Positions 26,809 through 36,055 of a DNA stretch of 45,394 nt are shown piece after piece (position 1 is the stretch's first letter; the number at the start of each line of letters is the position of its first letter). The notes under the pieces are model-generated. The model did not search any database and was not told where the DNA came from. It saw nothing but the letters and a program-made list of their open reading frames with translations. Source of the DNA: a virus. Its lineage: Duplodnaviria; Caudoviricetes. Position numbers and translations under genes: made by a program. The stretch is taken from the IMG/VR virus record IMGVR_UViG_3300031576_000095, positions 1 to 45,394 of that record; one strand, given 5' to 3'.

Positions 26809-28381
26809 AAGCTCCTCTTATATAGCGCTTATCAGTTTGTTTATACGAGAATGTTATATATTCTACTTTCGCCTTTTGGAGATTTGTAAATCTAAGTGAA
26901 GGTCTAAAATCAACTGCTGTCACAACTGGCCAAGCTACTCCATTAGCGCTTACCTTCTTCCAAGGAGATTGTCTAAACTCTTCATACGTATTATTTCTCC
27001 AGAAAAGTGAAAACTCTACATTTTCAAATGAGCCTAGATCAGTAGGAAGCTGCACTTGTTCTATCGTCTTTTGTCCTCTATTCCCAAAATCTATCGTATC
27101 CCATGTTACTATAGACTGAATAGATGCTTCATCTACTCCTTGCCAGAATCCATATCTTCTCCCTTGAGCATCAATCATAGATGTAATAACCTGATCTACT
27201 TCACACATTCCAGTCTGAGTGAGATGAAATGTTTCAAAGTCACTCGAAATCCAAAATTCATTCTCGCTCTGAGAATGTGAGATCATAATCTCATTTCCAA
27301 GAAGATTCTTACAAAATTCTCTGTATCCTAACCTCTCCGGCTGAAGATCAGCTCCCATTCTCCAGACTACACCATAAACATCTACAAACACATGAACTGA
27401 TCCATCTCCTCCTACTGCACCATTACAAGGTATTCCAAGTCTGGCTATAGAAGGTATATTAACAACTCCTAATGTAGGAACTGGCTCACTAATATTCCTA
27501 ACTGCACAAATTCCATCTGCTCCATATATTACAAGAACTTCTCCTAACTGTTTCATTGCCCTAATCTTCCCCTTCCAAGGCATAGGAGCAAATCCCCATT
27601 CTTGCCTCTTCATCATATCATACCAGAGATTTCTTGTAGTTCCGTAAGAGTCTGATGTTAAGAATCCACTATCTGCTATAGATGGAAGCATCAGAAACAA
27701 TGGAATATCTCCTCCACCAATAGAACTCCAAAGAATAAAGTTATCTCCTAAGTTGTTTAGTCTTTGTAAAATGTTAGTCTCTCCATCATTATCTGTTGTC
27801 TGCCAAGCCGTAACCCAACCAGATTTCCAAAATTTATCTGGATCAAATCCTCCTAATACAATCCTACCTTTATAATACGCACCTGCTTCAGTAGGAATGT
27901 TATTTTCAACTAATACTTTAAGTGTAGCCCCTCCTGTAATCATCGTTCTATGATTTGTTTGAAATATTATAGATCCACCATTAGTCATAAACCAAGTATC
28001 ATGACAGTCTATAAAACTCCAAGGATGGCCAGTTTTATGCGGAGTTATTACACTATTAACATTCTCTACATTATACAAATCCATCTCAATAAGTGACCAT
28101 TCATCTTCATTTACATAGAATGCCCTATTTCCAGTCATAAGAATAGTATACTTATCTCCCTTAAACAACTGAGGATAAGGCCATTCTAAATCTATCCCCC
28201 ATCCATTAAGATCACCTACGCTAATAGGAACCTCAACTGGATCATATGCAACTATTCCGTAAGGACTTGGCTTAGCATTGAAGCAGCTGAGAAGAGAGAA
28301 CTTATTTCTAGGAGATCTAAAATCCCTTCTAAGACCTTTAGATAGAGATTCCAAATCTACCGTTTTGTTAAACTCTTTCAT
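26789..28381 (-). CDS. tail nozzle / head-stabilisation protein (P22 gp10 / T7 gp12-like)
   Basis: Beta-rich; YKGRIVLGG, ILWSSIG, IDFG...QKTI; synteny. Confidence 0.6.
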   Translation of the reverse strand: MKEFNKTVDLESLSKGLRRDFRSPRNKFSLLSCFNAKPSPYGIVAYDPVEVPISVGDLNGWGIDLEWPYPQLFKGDKYTILMTGNRAFYVNEDEWSLIEMDLYNVENVNSVITPHKTGHPWSFIDCHDTWFMTNGGSIIFQTNHRTMITGGATLKVLVENNIPTEAGAYYKGRIVLGGFDPDKFWKSGWVTAWQTTDNDGETNILQRLNNLGDNFILWSSIGGGDIPLFLMLPSIADSGFLTSDSYGTTRNLWYDMMKRQEWGFAPMPWKGKIRAMKQLGEVLVIYGADGICAVRNISEPVPTLGVVNIPSIARLGIPCNGAVGGDGSVHVFVDVYGVVWRMGADLQPERLGYREFCKNLLGNEIMISHSQSENEFWISSDFETFHLTQTGMCEVDQVITSMIDAQGRRYGFWQGVDEASIQSIVTWDTIDFGNRGQKTIEQVQLPTDLGSFENVEFSLFWRNNTYEEFRQSPWKKVSANGVAWPVVTAVDFRPSLRFTNLQKAKVEYITFSYKQTDKRYIRGAYATEVA

Positions 28382-28459
28382 TCTTTTTCAAAGGCTGAGA
28401 TTATTGTAGCTACCACAAAGACAAACCAGAGAATTATAAATGCAGGATGAGTGTAGATT

Positions 28460-28636
28460 TCAAAGAGCATACTTACTCCTTTTTCTTTTTCCTTGTTTTC
28501 TTGTCTTTTTCTTCTTTGACTTCCCCGCTTTGGAGTAAGCTATTGCCACTGATTGTTTCGATGGCCGGCCAGAAGCTATCAACTCCCCTATGTTCTCCGA
28601 GATTATCTCTTTCGATCTTCCTTTTTTGAGTGGCAT
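28460..28636 (-). CDS. small basic phage protein (MPLKKG.S...IS.NI.EL..SG.P..Q.VAIA type)
   Basis: Recognisable recurrent phage peptide; AAGGA upstream; nested out of frame in 28473-28841. Confidence 0.65.
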   Translation of the reverse strand: MPLKKGRSKEIISENIGELIASGRPSKQSVAIAYSKAGKSKKKKTRKQGKRKRSKYAL

Positions 28637-28841
28637 CTTCAAGTTCCTTTCGCAAGAGTTCCAAAGCTGAAAGCTTAATACTCCAACTTTCTATCCTCTT
28701 TCTATAAGCCACTACATCATATTGAGATTTGTTGAAATCTTCCATATCAAAAATAACTTCAACACAAGAGTCAATAAGTTCTTTTAACTTATCTTCTCTT
28801 TTCTCATTTCGAGCCTTCAGAAGTCTGTCTCTTATTCTCAT
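28473..28841 (-). CDS. hypothetical protein
   Basis: ATG directly follows palindrome copy 12. Confidence 0.5.
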   Translation of the reverse strand: MRIRDRLLKARNEKREDKLKELIDSCVEVIFDMEDFNKSQYDVVAYRKRIESWSIKLSALELLRKELEDATQKRKIERDNLGEHRGVDSFWPAIETISGNSLLQSGEVKEEKDKKTRKKKKE

Positions 28842-28868
28842 AAGATCGTTTAACCGTTAAACGGACTA
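28842..28868. repeat. 27-bp palindrome copy 12 (AAGATCGTTTAACCGTTAAACGGACTA)
   Basis: Read directly; contains the adaptor stop and abuts the next ATG. Confidence 0.95.
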
Positions 28869-29645
28869 CCCAGGAATCTGTTCAAACCCAGTCACTTCTT
28901 CATCAATCACATCGAGAAGAATATCATCAAGATACTTTGTAATCTGCATCATCCAATCGTTCGCGCCTTCAGTATTTCTCTTTGTTACTTCATGTGCCCA
29001 AAGAGCAGCAAGAACAAGAACTTCAGGTTGGACTTCAGTCCAGTAATTCTTCGTATTCCCCACTGTATCGAGAAGCTTCTTCTGAAAAAATTGACCCCAG
29101 ATAGCTACAGTATAAGTTTCATCCACTGGAGGCATGACTATGATAGATGTCTTCCCGTACGCTGGAGCATCTGCTTCATCGCTAAAGATAAGATCTTCAT
29201 AATCATAAGAGAACTGGGCGGTATACGGAGACCCTACGCCAGAGGTGAGTTGATCTTGCTGAGGCGCCAAGTTGTTCACCCCTATTGCCCAATCTACCGG
29301 AGTTCCTCTTGTATAACTTCCCCAAGCGGTTTTATAAGTCGTCCGAAGATAACCTATATCTCTCTTGGTTAGTAAGATTCTTCCAGTAGAATTGATTGCC
29401 CAGACCTCTTTAACCGCCCTAACGTTCTCTATGTCCAGAACAAACTGTCCAGCTGTCAGATTTTTCTGGTATCTCATAGCATTCTTAGGTATTCTATTAA
29501 GACGTTCCCTGTCTAACATCTTCTGTCCCATGTTGATAAAGAAGTTAGCTCCATTATCAACATAGTTTCCAGATGCAAAATCTGCCACAAGATCATGTCG
29601 ACCTGACAGCCGAACAAAGTCTATTCTAATATCTTCCAGTGCCAT
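28866..29645 (-). CDS. head-tail adaptor (tail tubular protein A-like)
   Basis: FFIN.GQ, GTP, MPPVDETY, NYWTEV.PE.LV.AAL; directly after the MCP; probable start MALED at 29645. Confidence 0.7.
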   Translation of the reverse strand: MALEDIRIDFVRLSGRHDLVADFASGNYVDNGANFFINMGQKMLDRERLNRIPKNAMRYQKNLTAGQFVLDIENVRAVKEVWAINSTGRILLTKRDIGYLRTTYKTAWGSYTRGTPVDWAIGVNNLAPQQDQLTSGVGSPYTAQFSYDYEDLIFSDEADAPAYGKTSIIVMPPVDETYTVAIWGQFFQKKLLDTVGNTKNYWTEVQPEVLVLAALWAHEVTKRNTEGANDWMMQITKYLDDILLDVIDEEVTGFEQIPG

Positions 29646-29652
29646 AAGATTA

Positions 29653-30969
29653 CTACAATGTGTTAGCTTGGCCAACACCGAACAGGATGAGGAACTTATC
29701 TGGATTGTGAATTGCAATAGTGCATTCGGTCAGATACTCATCAATCTGTGCATCCTCATCATTTGCTTGACGATCTTTGAGAATGTTAGTATCTCTTCCA
29801 ATAACAGGAAGATACTCAACTTCTCCTGGAGGAATACCAAGAGCCATATTTTGGCTAAAGGTTTCTTGTGACATCAAAGGATGCATTCTGAAATGGATGG
29901 GCTCTGAGAAATGCGTAGTCATCCAGTCAGTAGTCCTAATTCCATAGCCAAGATCACCTTTTTCAAGGTTAATATGACCATAGACTTCGGCAAGTTCCTC
30001 AAGACCACTAAGTGCTTTACCACCGCATTCCATCAGATAACCATCACTGTTATAGCGTGAGGTTATCTCAAATACCTTCCTCAGCCAAATATGGCCAGCC
30101 TCAGCCCATGTTTTTCCGGTGAAGTCAGCATCTGTTCGATAGTCAAACACATTTGAGGAGTTCTGACGAACTAGATTAACAATACCATCCATAGTATATT
30201 CCGGCTTACCATTCTCTCCAGTGCGTGGGCTCTTCACGCCAAAGATAGAAGCCCACTCCATATCTGCAGTATGATCATCAAGAGCATCCCTACGTTCCTT
30301 CGTATATGGATCTTCAGTTCTCAACATATTCGTCGCCGCACTATTCGTCAACGAAATGGGAGTTCTAAAGATCTGAGGAAGATTGCTCAGCTGAGTAGGA
30401 TTCTTTTTTAGGTTAGCTGGCAAACGGCCACCCTGTGCATTTATATTACCAATAGCAAGGATCCTATCCATATCGCTAATATCAAAGCTAGAAGAGTTAT
30501 CATCAGCTTCAAGCAATAGTACCTTAACATACGAAGACGCCCCATTCCTTACAACGTCTGTCACTTTGCCAGTCACATACGCAGTGTTGTCAGACGTATA
30601 CATCGCCATAATCTGATGACCGACTCTGAAGCGATCTGCAGATGCTTCTGCCATCTTGAAATAAATCGTATCTCCTGCAGCTCCACCCGATGTATAGGCA
30701 GTTGCAAGAGTTGAATCTGTAAACTTCCCAGTCAACGCGGCGTTTGCAACTACATATTTCTGTGTCCACCAGTTGTACTGTGTAGAAGGAATTCCTTTTC
30801 CTTTCATTGCTCCACTCTGCATACTTCCATAACCACCGCTCATGGAGAGAATACCAAGAATCTGTGCTCTCCCAGCTGGTTTCAGACGAAAGATCCCTTG
30901 TCGCCAATTCTGAGGTTCTTCGTTAGTAGCCCAGTCAAGAGTGCCTCGCATACCGAGAAAATTAGCCAT
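29653..30969 (-). CDS. major capsid protein (SU10/DUF5309-like HK97 fold)
   Basis: N..QIFRT.IS.T.SA, DMEWASIFG, TMDGI, HPL, YLTECTI; AAGGAG RBS. Confidence 0.85.
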   Translation of the reverse strand: MANFLGMRGTLDWATNEEPQNWRQGIFRLKPAGRAQILGILSMSGGYGSMQSGAMKGKGIPSTQYNWWTQKYVVANAALTGKFTDSTLATAYTSGGAAGDTIYFKMAEASADRFRVGHQIMAMYTSDNTAYVTGKVTDVVRNGASSYVKVLLLEADDNSSSFDISDMDRILAIGNINAQGGRLPANLKKNPTQLSNLPQIFRTPISLTNSAATNMLRTEDPYTKERRDALDDHTADMEWASIFGVKSPRTGENGKPEYTMDGIVNLVRQNSSNVFDYRTDADFTGKTWAEAGHIWLRKVFEITSRYNSDGYLMECGGKALSGLEELAEVYGHINLEKGDLGYGIRTTDWMTTHFSEPIHFRMHPLMSQETFSQNMALGIPPGEVEYLPVIGRDTNILKDRQANDEDAQIDEYLTECTIAIHNPDKFLILFGVGQANTL

Positions 30970-31021
30970 GTAAAACTTCTCCTTTTAGTTAGCAAAAAAG
31001 TTCGAAAAACCTCAGAAGTTC

Positions 31022-31489
31022 TTAATGCACAACAGTTCCAAGTGAATAGATTGTTACAGCTGGTGAAGTTACTGCAGTAACTGCTACCAAGAATCTCTTA
31101 CTATTATTCTGTCCAATAGTAGCCGTACCAGAAATAGTAACCCCAGTACCTGCAGCTACAGTAATAGCTTCAGCTGCATCAGCAGTATTACGAATAGTAA
31201 ATTCAAAAGATGAACCTACCTTACATTCAGCAATAGCATTTACTATCAACGTAGCAGTAGGTGTAGTTACGGTCACTGCGCCTCCATTAGGATCTTCTAA
31301 TATCAATCCTCCAAGAAGTTGAGCAGCAGTTAAAGTTACTGCAGACGCAGTGTTTACAGTTGCCACTGTAGTTTTCTTAAACTCAGCACCATTAACAAGC
31401 AACTGTCCATTTTTAATCTGGACATGAGTACCAGTTGACTTAGCAACTGACCCTATACCAGCAATCAGAAGCTGTTTGAAATTAGGCAT
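31022..31489 (-). CDS. putative capsid decoration protein (paralog A)
   Basis: Thr/Ala-rich beta protein; visibly paralogous to 31499-31939. Confidence 0.6.
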   Translation of the reverse strand: MPNFKQLLIAGIGSVAKSTGTHVQIKNGQLLVNGAEFKKTTVATVNTASAVTLTAAQLLGGLILEDPNGGAVTVTTPTATLIVNAIAECKVGSSFEFTIRNTADAAEAITVAAGTGVTISGTATIGQNNSKRFLVAVTAVTSPAVTIYSLGTVVH

Positions 31490-31498
31490 TTTCGTCTC

Positions 31499-31939
31499 CT
31501 ATGTAGTAGCAGGTCCTAGAGAATAAACAGTAACAGTAGGAGTATCCATGTTAGTGATTCTAACAAGGAATCTCTTGGTGTTAACAGTAAGAACTGTAGC
31601 TGTGCCAGTGATAGTAACACCTGTACCTGCCGTAAGTGTAAGAGTTGCATCACCAGTATTAGCAATAGCAAACTCAAAACCTGAACCTACTCTTGCACCT
31701 TTGATTGAATTACGAATCGCAGTTGCGGTAGGTGTAGCAAGGTTCTGTGCATCATCACAGTTAACTCTAATGTAACCAGCTGCAAGTTGGTCAGCTGTCA
31801 ACATGCCAGCTCCACCACCGGTTGTTAGAGTGAACGCTGGAACATCTTCAATCACTCCAGCTAGACCCTTTGTAGTAGTGTCTTCATCTCGAAGAGACTC
31901 TTCAAAGTGCCTGAAACTTTTAATGAAAAGACCAAGCAT
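31499..31939 (-). CDS. putative capsid decoration protein (paralog B)
   Basis: Shares LTA.QL, TPTAT, VGS.FEF.I.NT, GTGVTI.GTAT, KRFLV, YSLG with paralog A. Confidence 0.6.
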   Translation of the reverse strand: MLGLFIKSFRHFEESLRDEDTTTKGLAGVIEDVPAFTLTTGGGAGMLTADQLAAGYIRVNCDDAQNLATPTATAIRNSIKGARVGSGFEFAIANTGDATLTLTAGTGVTITGTATVLTVNTKRFLVRITNMDTPTVTVYSLGPATT

Positions 31940-31956
31940 CTTGTACCTCCTGTTAG

Positions 31957-32184
31957 TTATTCGTTACGAGCTATAGAAGCATTAGCCCACATAGTAGAAT
32001 CTTCTAAATGAGTTAATGCTAAGGAAAGTTCACGACTCGGTGGACACAGCTCACTTATGAGAATTGCAAGTTCATGAGCTTTGTCTCTAATTCTCACATA
32101 TCTTTCCGGTTGATCTGCTTTAGGAGCGTGGTACGTAAAGTTAACATCGAGTCTTTTCTTTGCGTCCTCAGAAACAGCATACAT
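31957..32184 (-). CDS. Acb2/Tad1-like hairpin protein (putative immune-signal sponge)
   Basis: FTYHAP..Q.ERY..IR, CPPSRELSLALTHLEDSTMWANASIARNE; GGAGG RBS. Confidence 0.7.
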   Translation of the reverse strand: MYAVSEDAKKRLDVNFTYHAPKADQPERYVRIRDKAHELAILISELCPPSRELSLALTHLEDSTMWANASIARNE

Positions 32185-32198
32185 TCTACACCTCCAAT

Positions 32199-32225
32199 TA
32201 GTTTGTTTAACCGTTAAACGATCTG
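32199..32225. repeat. 27-bp palindrome copy 13 (TAGTTTGTTTAACCGTTAAACGATCTG)
   Basis: Read directly; between the scaffold stop and the next RBS. Confidence 0.95.
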
Positions 32226-33035
32226 TTACATCCCAAGTTGTGCCATGATTGAATCTTGTTTTCTCTGAGAAGGTTTACTACCTTTACCTTTGGAATCCAC
32301 AAACCCAGGCTTCTTTCCATTAGCCTGCTTCTGCTGAACTCTCAATTTTGCGATAGTAGCTCTCACTTCTTTACCAGATTCTTCAAGAAGTTGTTGTAAC
32401 TTAATCTTAGGATTCTTTGCAAGAATTCTATTTGCAGCTACTCCAACGAGATTCGCTGCAGGTTCAATATCAGAATTCTTTCTCCACCATTTGTCTATAG
32501 TCGCTTGAGTTTGAATCCTATGATCTACAACTGGTGTAAGGGTCTGAACAGATTGCGTAAGTGCGTTCTGAAGAGCATAGTTCGCAACTCCAGTCAACCC
32601 ATCATTTACAGGTTTTTGAAGAGCTTGAATAACAGCCCCCACAACTTTCTCCGTATATCTCTGTAGACCAGCCGGACTTGCTACTGCATCATCAAAGTCA
32701 TTTTGAGAGATCTGAATAACAGGTTTCTCAAATGTGACTGGAGACATTTTAAGAGGAGCTTCGTAGCGAGGTTTCTCAGGTTGTATAGATGGCTGAACAG
32801 GTTCTTCTTGTTGCCTATCTCCAGCTCCAAGAAACTCTCCTGCTGTATCATTCAATGATGCAAGAAGATCATCAAGAGAGTTATCTTTCTCCTCTACATC
32901 TTTCGCATCTACCTTCTCTTTGTCAGTAACTTCCTGTCCTCCAACTACTTCTTCCTCATTTTCAGCTTCTTTCGAAAGCTTCTCTTCGACAAGATCATCC
33001 AGCAATCCTGTTTCTTCTTTCTTTTCCTCTGCCAT
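32226..33035 (-). CDS. capsid scaffolding protein
   Basis: Acidic N-terminus, helical body, basic C-terminus; between portal and capsid genes; AGGAG precedes ATG 33035. Confidence 0.65.
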   Translation of the reverse strand: MAEEKKEETGLLDDLVEEKLSKEAENEEEVVGGQEVTDKEKVDAKDVEEKDNSLDDLLASLNDTAGEFLGAGDRQQEEPVQPSIQPEKPRYEAPLKMSPVTFEKPVIQISQNDFDDAVASPAGLQRYTEKVVGAVIQALQKPVNDGLTGVANYALQNALTQSVQTLTPVVDHRIQTQATIDKWWRKNSDIEPAANLVGVAANRILAKNPKIKLQQLLEESGKEVRATIAKLRVQQKQANGKKPGFVDSKGKGSKPSQRKQDSIMAQLGM

Positions 33036-33039
33036 ATAT

Positions 33040-33270
33040 CTACTCCTTTGTAGCTTCCTCAGCCTGAATCTCAATCAACATGAGCTCAGGCTGAGACATT
33101 AAAAACCTCAGTTGATTTATAGATGCTCTTATAACAATAGTTTCTTCCCAGGGACGATTCTCCTCAAGTCTGCTACGATATTCTTCCAATCTCACCTGAA
33201 GAGTCTCTTTTATATCTTTCCAAATAAGATTTCCTGCGAAATCTTCAATCTGTTGTTTTGTAAATTCCAT
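33040..33270 (-). CDS. small hypothetical protein after portal
   Basis: Helical 76-aa ORF in the portal-scaffold position. Confidence 0.6.
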   Translation of the reverse strand: MEFTKQQIEDFAGNLIWKDIKETLQVRLEEYRSRLEENRPWEETIVIRASINQLRFLMSQPELMLIEIQAEEATKE

Positions 33271-33273
33271 CTT

Positions 33274-35283
33274 TCATCCCATCAACATTGAAGCTATATC
33301 TTCCGGAACTGCCCCATTTCCATTCATCTGATCAAATGGAACTAAATTCCCTGCATTAGCTTCACTTTCAACTTCTTCATCTGCCATCACTTGAGGCTTC
33401 AAACGTCTAAACTGATAAACATCTTTCGCTCCAGACATTCTTGCACTATGTAACATCATTCTCGGAATGTCCATCTCTTGCATAAGCTCTGGACTTTTCA
33501 CTGCCACTGCTATGAGATTATTTATCGCCTGTGCGTCGCCTCTACCTGGAATAGTCCCATCATGAGGAACTACATCAATATCTACATCAATAGCATCTGG
33601 AGTTATAGACACAAAATCCTCCATCCCATACTCCATTGCATATTCTTTGGCGGATTGTCCAATGATCTTTGTATAAACAGTCAAACTCATTAGTTGTTTA
33701 GTCTGACTTGCAATCATATAACTTAAATCTTGCATACCTTGCAGACCCATAATCTTAACAGCCTTTTCCATTTTAGAAAATCCAGCTTGTGCGAGTTGAT
33801 TTGCTTCAGTTGCGGATACTCTTTCAGAAGTCTTCCTTCTCATTCCTTGTACAGGCTCAGTTGCTCCTATAAGATCATTCACAGTAGACATTACTAAACC
33901 TGCGTTTTGTAGATTTCTATCTGTTACATTTGTAACAGGAAGTTGCTCGATTGCATCTTTAATTCCCATTCCCCACCTGCTTCGTGCTGTTCTGATCAAT
34001 CCGCCAGATTTAGCGATATTCTTCATATCATTAGGATTAACCATTCCAGGGTCGAAGATGTAAGTATTGTTTACACACTTTCTTGTATTCGCCCACCAGC
34101 TATTGTATAGATTATCCACAAGTTCCTGCATTCCAAATACTGTCTCTATCAGAGACATAGCAACATTAGAATGGCCATCGTAAGATGGGCTAAGAACTCC
34201 CACAGGAAACATATCATGATCTAATCCAAGAGGCTTAGCTCTTACAACAACTGAATCTCCAGCTACGCTAAACAACCATTTCTCAGGTTGATCGTTTTCA
34301 CCAAGATGCCAATCTTGTGGAATAATATCTACATACATATCAATTATATCTACAACGCGATGAAAAGTTCTTTCACTTGAAGTAGCTATTCCACTTCCCC
34401 ACTTTTCTGTTCTACCAGTATCACTATTTATAGGAACAATGAAACTCTCTCCATGTATTTCTTCTACATATTTACAGTTAAAATATTCATCTTCGCTAAT
34501 AGACTCAAGATTGATAAGAGAATTCTTAGACATTCTCGTAACTCCTCCAAAGAACTCTCCATCTTGAACTTGGTCAAAAGGTACATCAGGGTCAGGCAGT
34601 GTGCGATAAGGATCCCAACATTGAAGTTTGTTGCCTTCAAAAAGTACCACTCTCTGTCTAGTTCTCTCTTTCTCGCTCAAATGAACAAAATCTCCTCCTC
34701 CTAAATCAATCCTTGTTTGAGTCTTATATCCCATCTTCTGTGTCCAAATAGGACTAAGAACTCCGAGTCCAAATGTAGCTGCATCTTGCACCCCTTTATA
34801 TATCTGAAGTCCAGCTTTGAACTTGCTCATCTGAGCTTGAACTGCCATCTCAAGAAGAGCTACCTTTACAATATCTTCGTTAGATGTAGGATTGTATGGG
34901 AAGATGGGTTCTTGCAAGAACGCTGACATTGCATAAGTAACAAAAGTTTCTCGAATTGCGTAAGACATAGGCATCACAACTCGGAATACTTTTCTTTCAT
35001 CTTTCTGCCTTTCACTTTCTTCTACCTGATCGAGTGGAATATATGCAGTCAAATTACGAGTAATTTTATTCCAAGTCTCAAATCTCTGTTCCATCACGGA
35101 ATAAGATTCCTGTGCTCGTAAGAGCACTTGATGAAGAATCTCATCATGTAATTCACTGCCTGGACGGAGATCAAGATTCTCAGGATAGTTGTAATCTATA
35201 TCCTTACTAAGAATTTTAGTTCTTCTCTCAGCAATCTTCTCATTAAGCTTTGCTTTGAAGGATTCTGTATTTCTGAGTGCCAT
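33274..35283 (-). CDS. portal protein
   Basis: 669 aa; DAATFGLG, DP....PDP, FP....P..DGHS, SATE, Q/M-rich tail; position after TerL. Confidence 0.85.
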   Translation of the reverse strand: MALRNTESFKAKLNEKIAERRTKILSKDIDYNYPENLDLRPGSELHDEILHQVLLRAQESYSVMEQRFETWNKITRNLTAYIPLDQVEESERQKDERKVFRVVMPMSYAIRETFVTYAMSAFLQEPIFPYNPTSNEDIVKVALLEMAVQAQMSKFKAGLQIYKGVQDAATFGLGVLSPIWTQKMGYKTQTRIDLGGGDFVHLSEKERTRQRVVLFEGNKLQCWDPYRTLPDPDVPFDQVQDGEFFGGVTRMSKNSLINLESISEDEYFNCKYVEEIHGESFIVPINSDTGRTEKWGSGIATSSERTFHRVVDIIDMYVDIIPQDWHLGENDQPEKWLFSVAGDSVVVRAKPLGLDHDMFPVGVLSPSYDGHSNVAMSLIETVFGMQELVDNLYNSWWANTRKCVNNTYIFDPGMVNPNDMKNIAKSGGLIRTARSRWGMGIKDAIEQLPVTNVTDRNLQNAGLVMSTVNDLIGATEPVQGMRRKTSERVSATEANQLAQAGFSKMEKAVKIMGLQGMQDLSYMIASQTKQLMSLTVYTKIIGQSAKEYAMEYGMEDFVSITPDAIDVDIDVVPHDGTIPGRGDAQAINNLIAVAVKSPELMQEMDIPRMMLHSARMSGAKDVYQFRRLKPQVMADEEVESEANAGNLVPFDQMNGNGAVPEDIASMLMG

Positions 35284-36029
35284 TAGGTTGCTATAAGTCC
35301 ATGATCTCTTGCTCTACCAGATAACGCATTTACTTTAGCTGTTAAATCTGCTATGTTATTACGAAGAGCAGGAATTAGATTCGCAACAAGATCATCTCTT
35401 AACATATCTGCCGTTAGAGGTAGATCAGCTGGATCAACTAAAGCTTCAATTGTATCATTAGCTGTGCCACCAGAATTGTCAGTTAAAGCAGCAACAGCTG
35501 CACCTTGATTTCCTATTACTTTTATCCCATCTACTTGATATGATTCTGTAGTATTAACTATTCCAGACACAGTTAATTTTCCTGCACCTACAGCTCTTGG
35601 ATTTATCTGAAGATCAGTTCCATCGTATAGAAGAGTAGCATCTTGATCTGCCCCAAGTCTAAGAGATTTATTATCAGCATCTATATCAATGTGATCTGAG
35701 TTATTAGATCCTGCCATATTAGGCTTAGCTGCAGCATCTATTTCATATGTTCCATTTCCGTTAGCGCCTCCATCAGTAAGCTTCAAACCGTTTGCGGCTA
35801 CTAATAGTCTTTCGTTAGAAAGAGAGCCACTCAAAGCGAAAACTGCAAATGCAGAACTCGCTGGTGCTGCTATTATACCTACATCGCTTTGTCTTAATAC
35901 ATCAGTTGCTATAACTGGAGTATTAGATGTTCTAATAGCTCCATCTGTTGAAAGTCCATTTGGATAAACTGCATCATCATAGGCATAAGCATTGATGAGA
36001 CTTCCAATGGAAATAGATCTAAGTGCCAT
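35283..36029 (-). CDS. putative virion structural / fibre-like protein
   Basis: YQVDG.KVIG.QGAA.A.L and KVNAL....R.HGLIA C-terminus. Confidence 0.55.
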   Translation of the reverse strand: MALRSISIGSLINAYAYDDAVYPNGLSTDGAIRTSNTPVIATDVLRQSDVGIIAAPASSAFAVFALSGSLSNERLLVAANGLKLTDGGANGNGTYEIDAAAKPNMAGSNNSDHIDIDADNKSLRLGADQDATLLYDGTDLQINPRAVGAGKLTVSGIVNTTESYQVDGIKVIGNQGAAVAALTDNSGGTANDTIEALVDPADLPLTADMLRDDLVANLIPALRNNIADLTAKVNALSGRARDHGLIAT

Positions 36030-36055
36030 AGTCCGTTTAACCGTTAAACGATCTC
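36029..36055. repeat. 27-bp palindrome copy 14 (TAGTCCGTTTAACCGTTAAACGATCTC)
   Basis: Read directly; spans the gap from the TerL stop to the next ATG. Confidence 0.95.
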
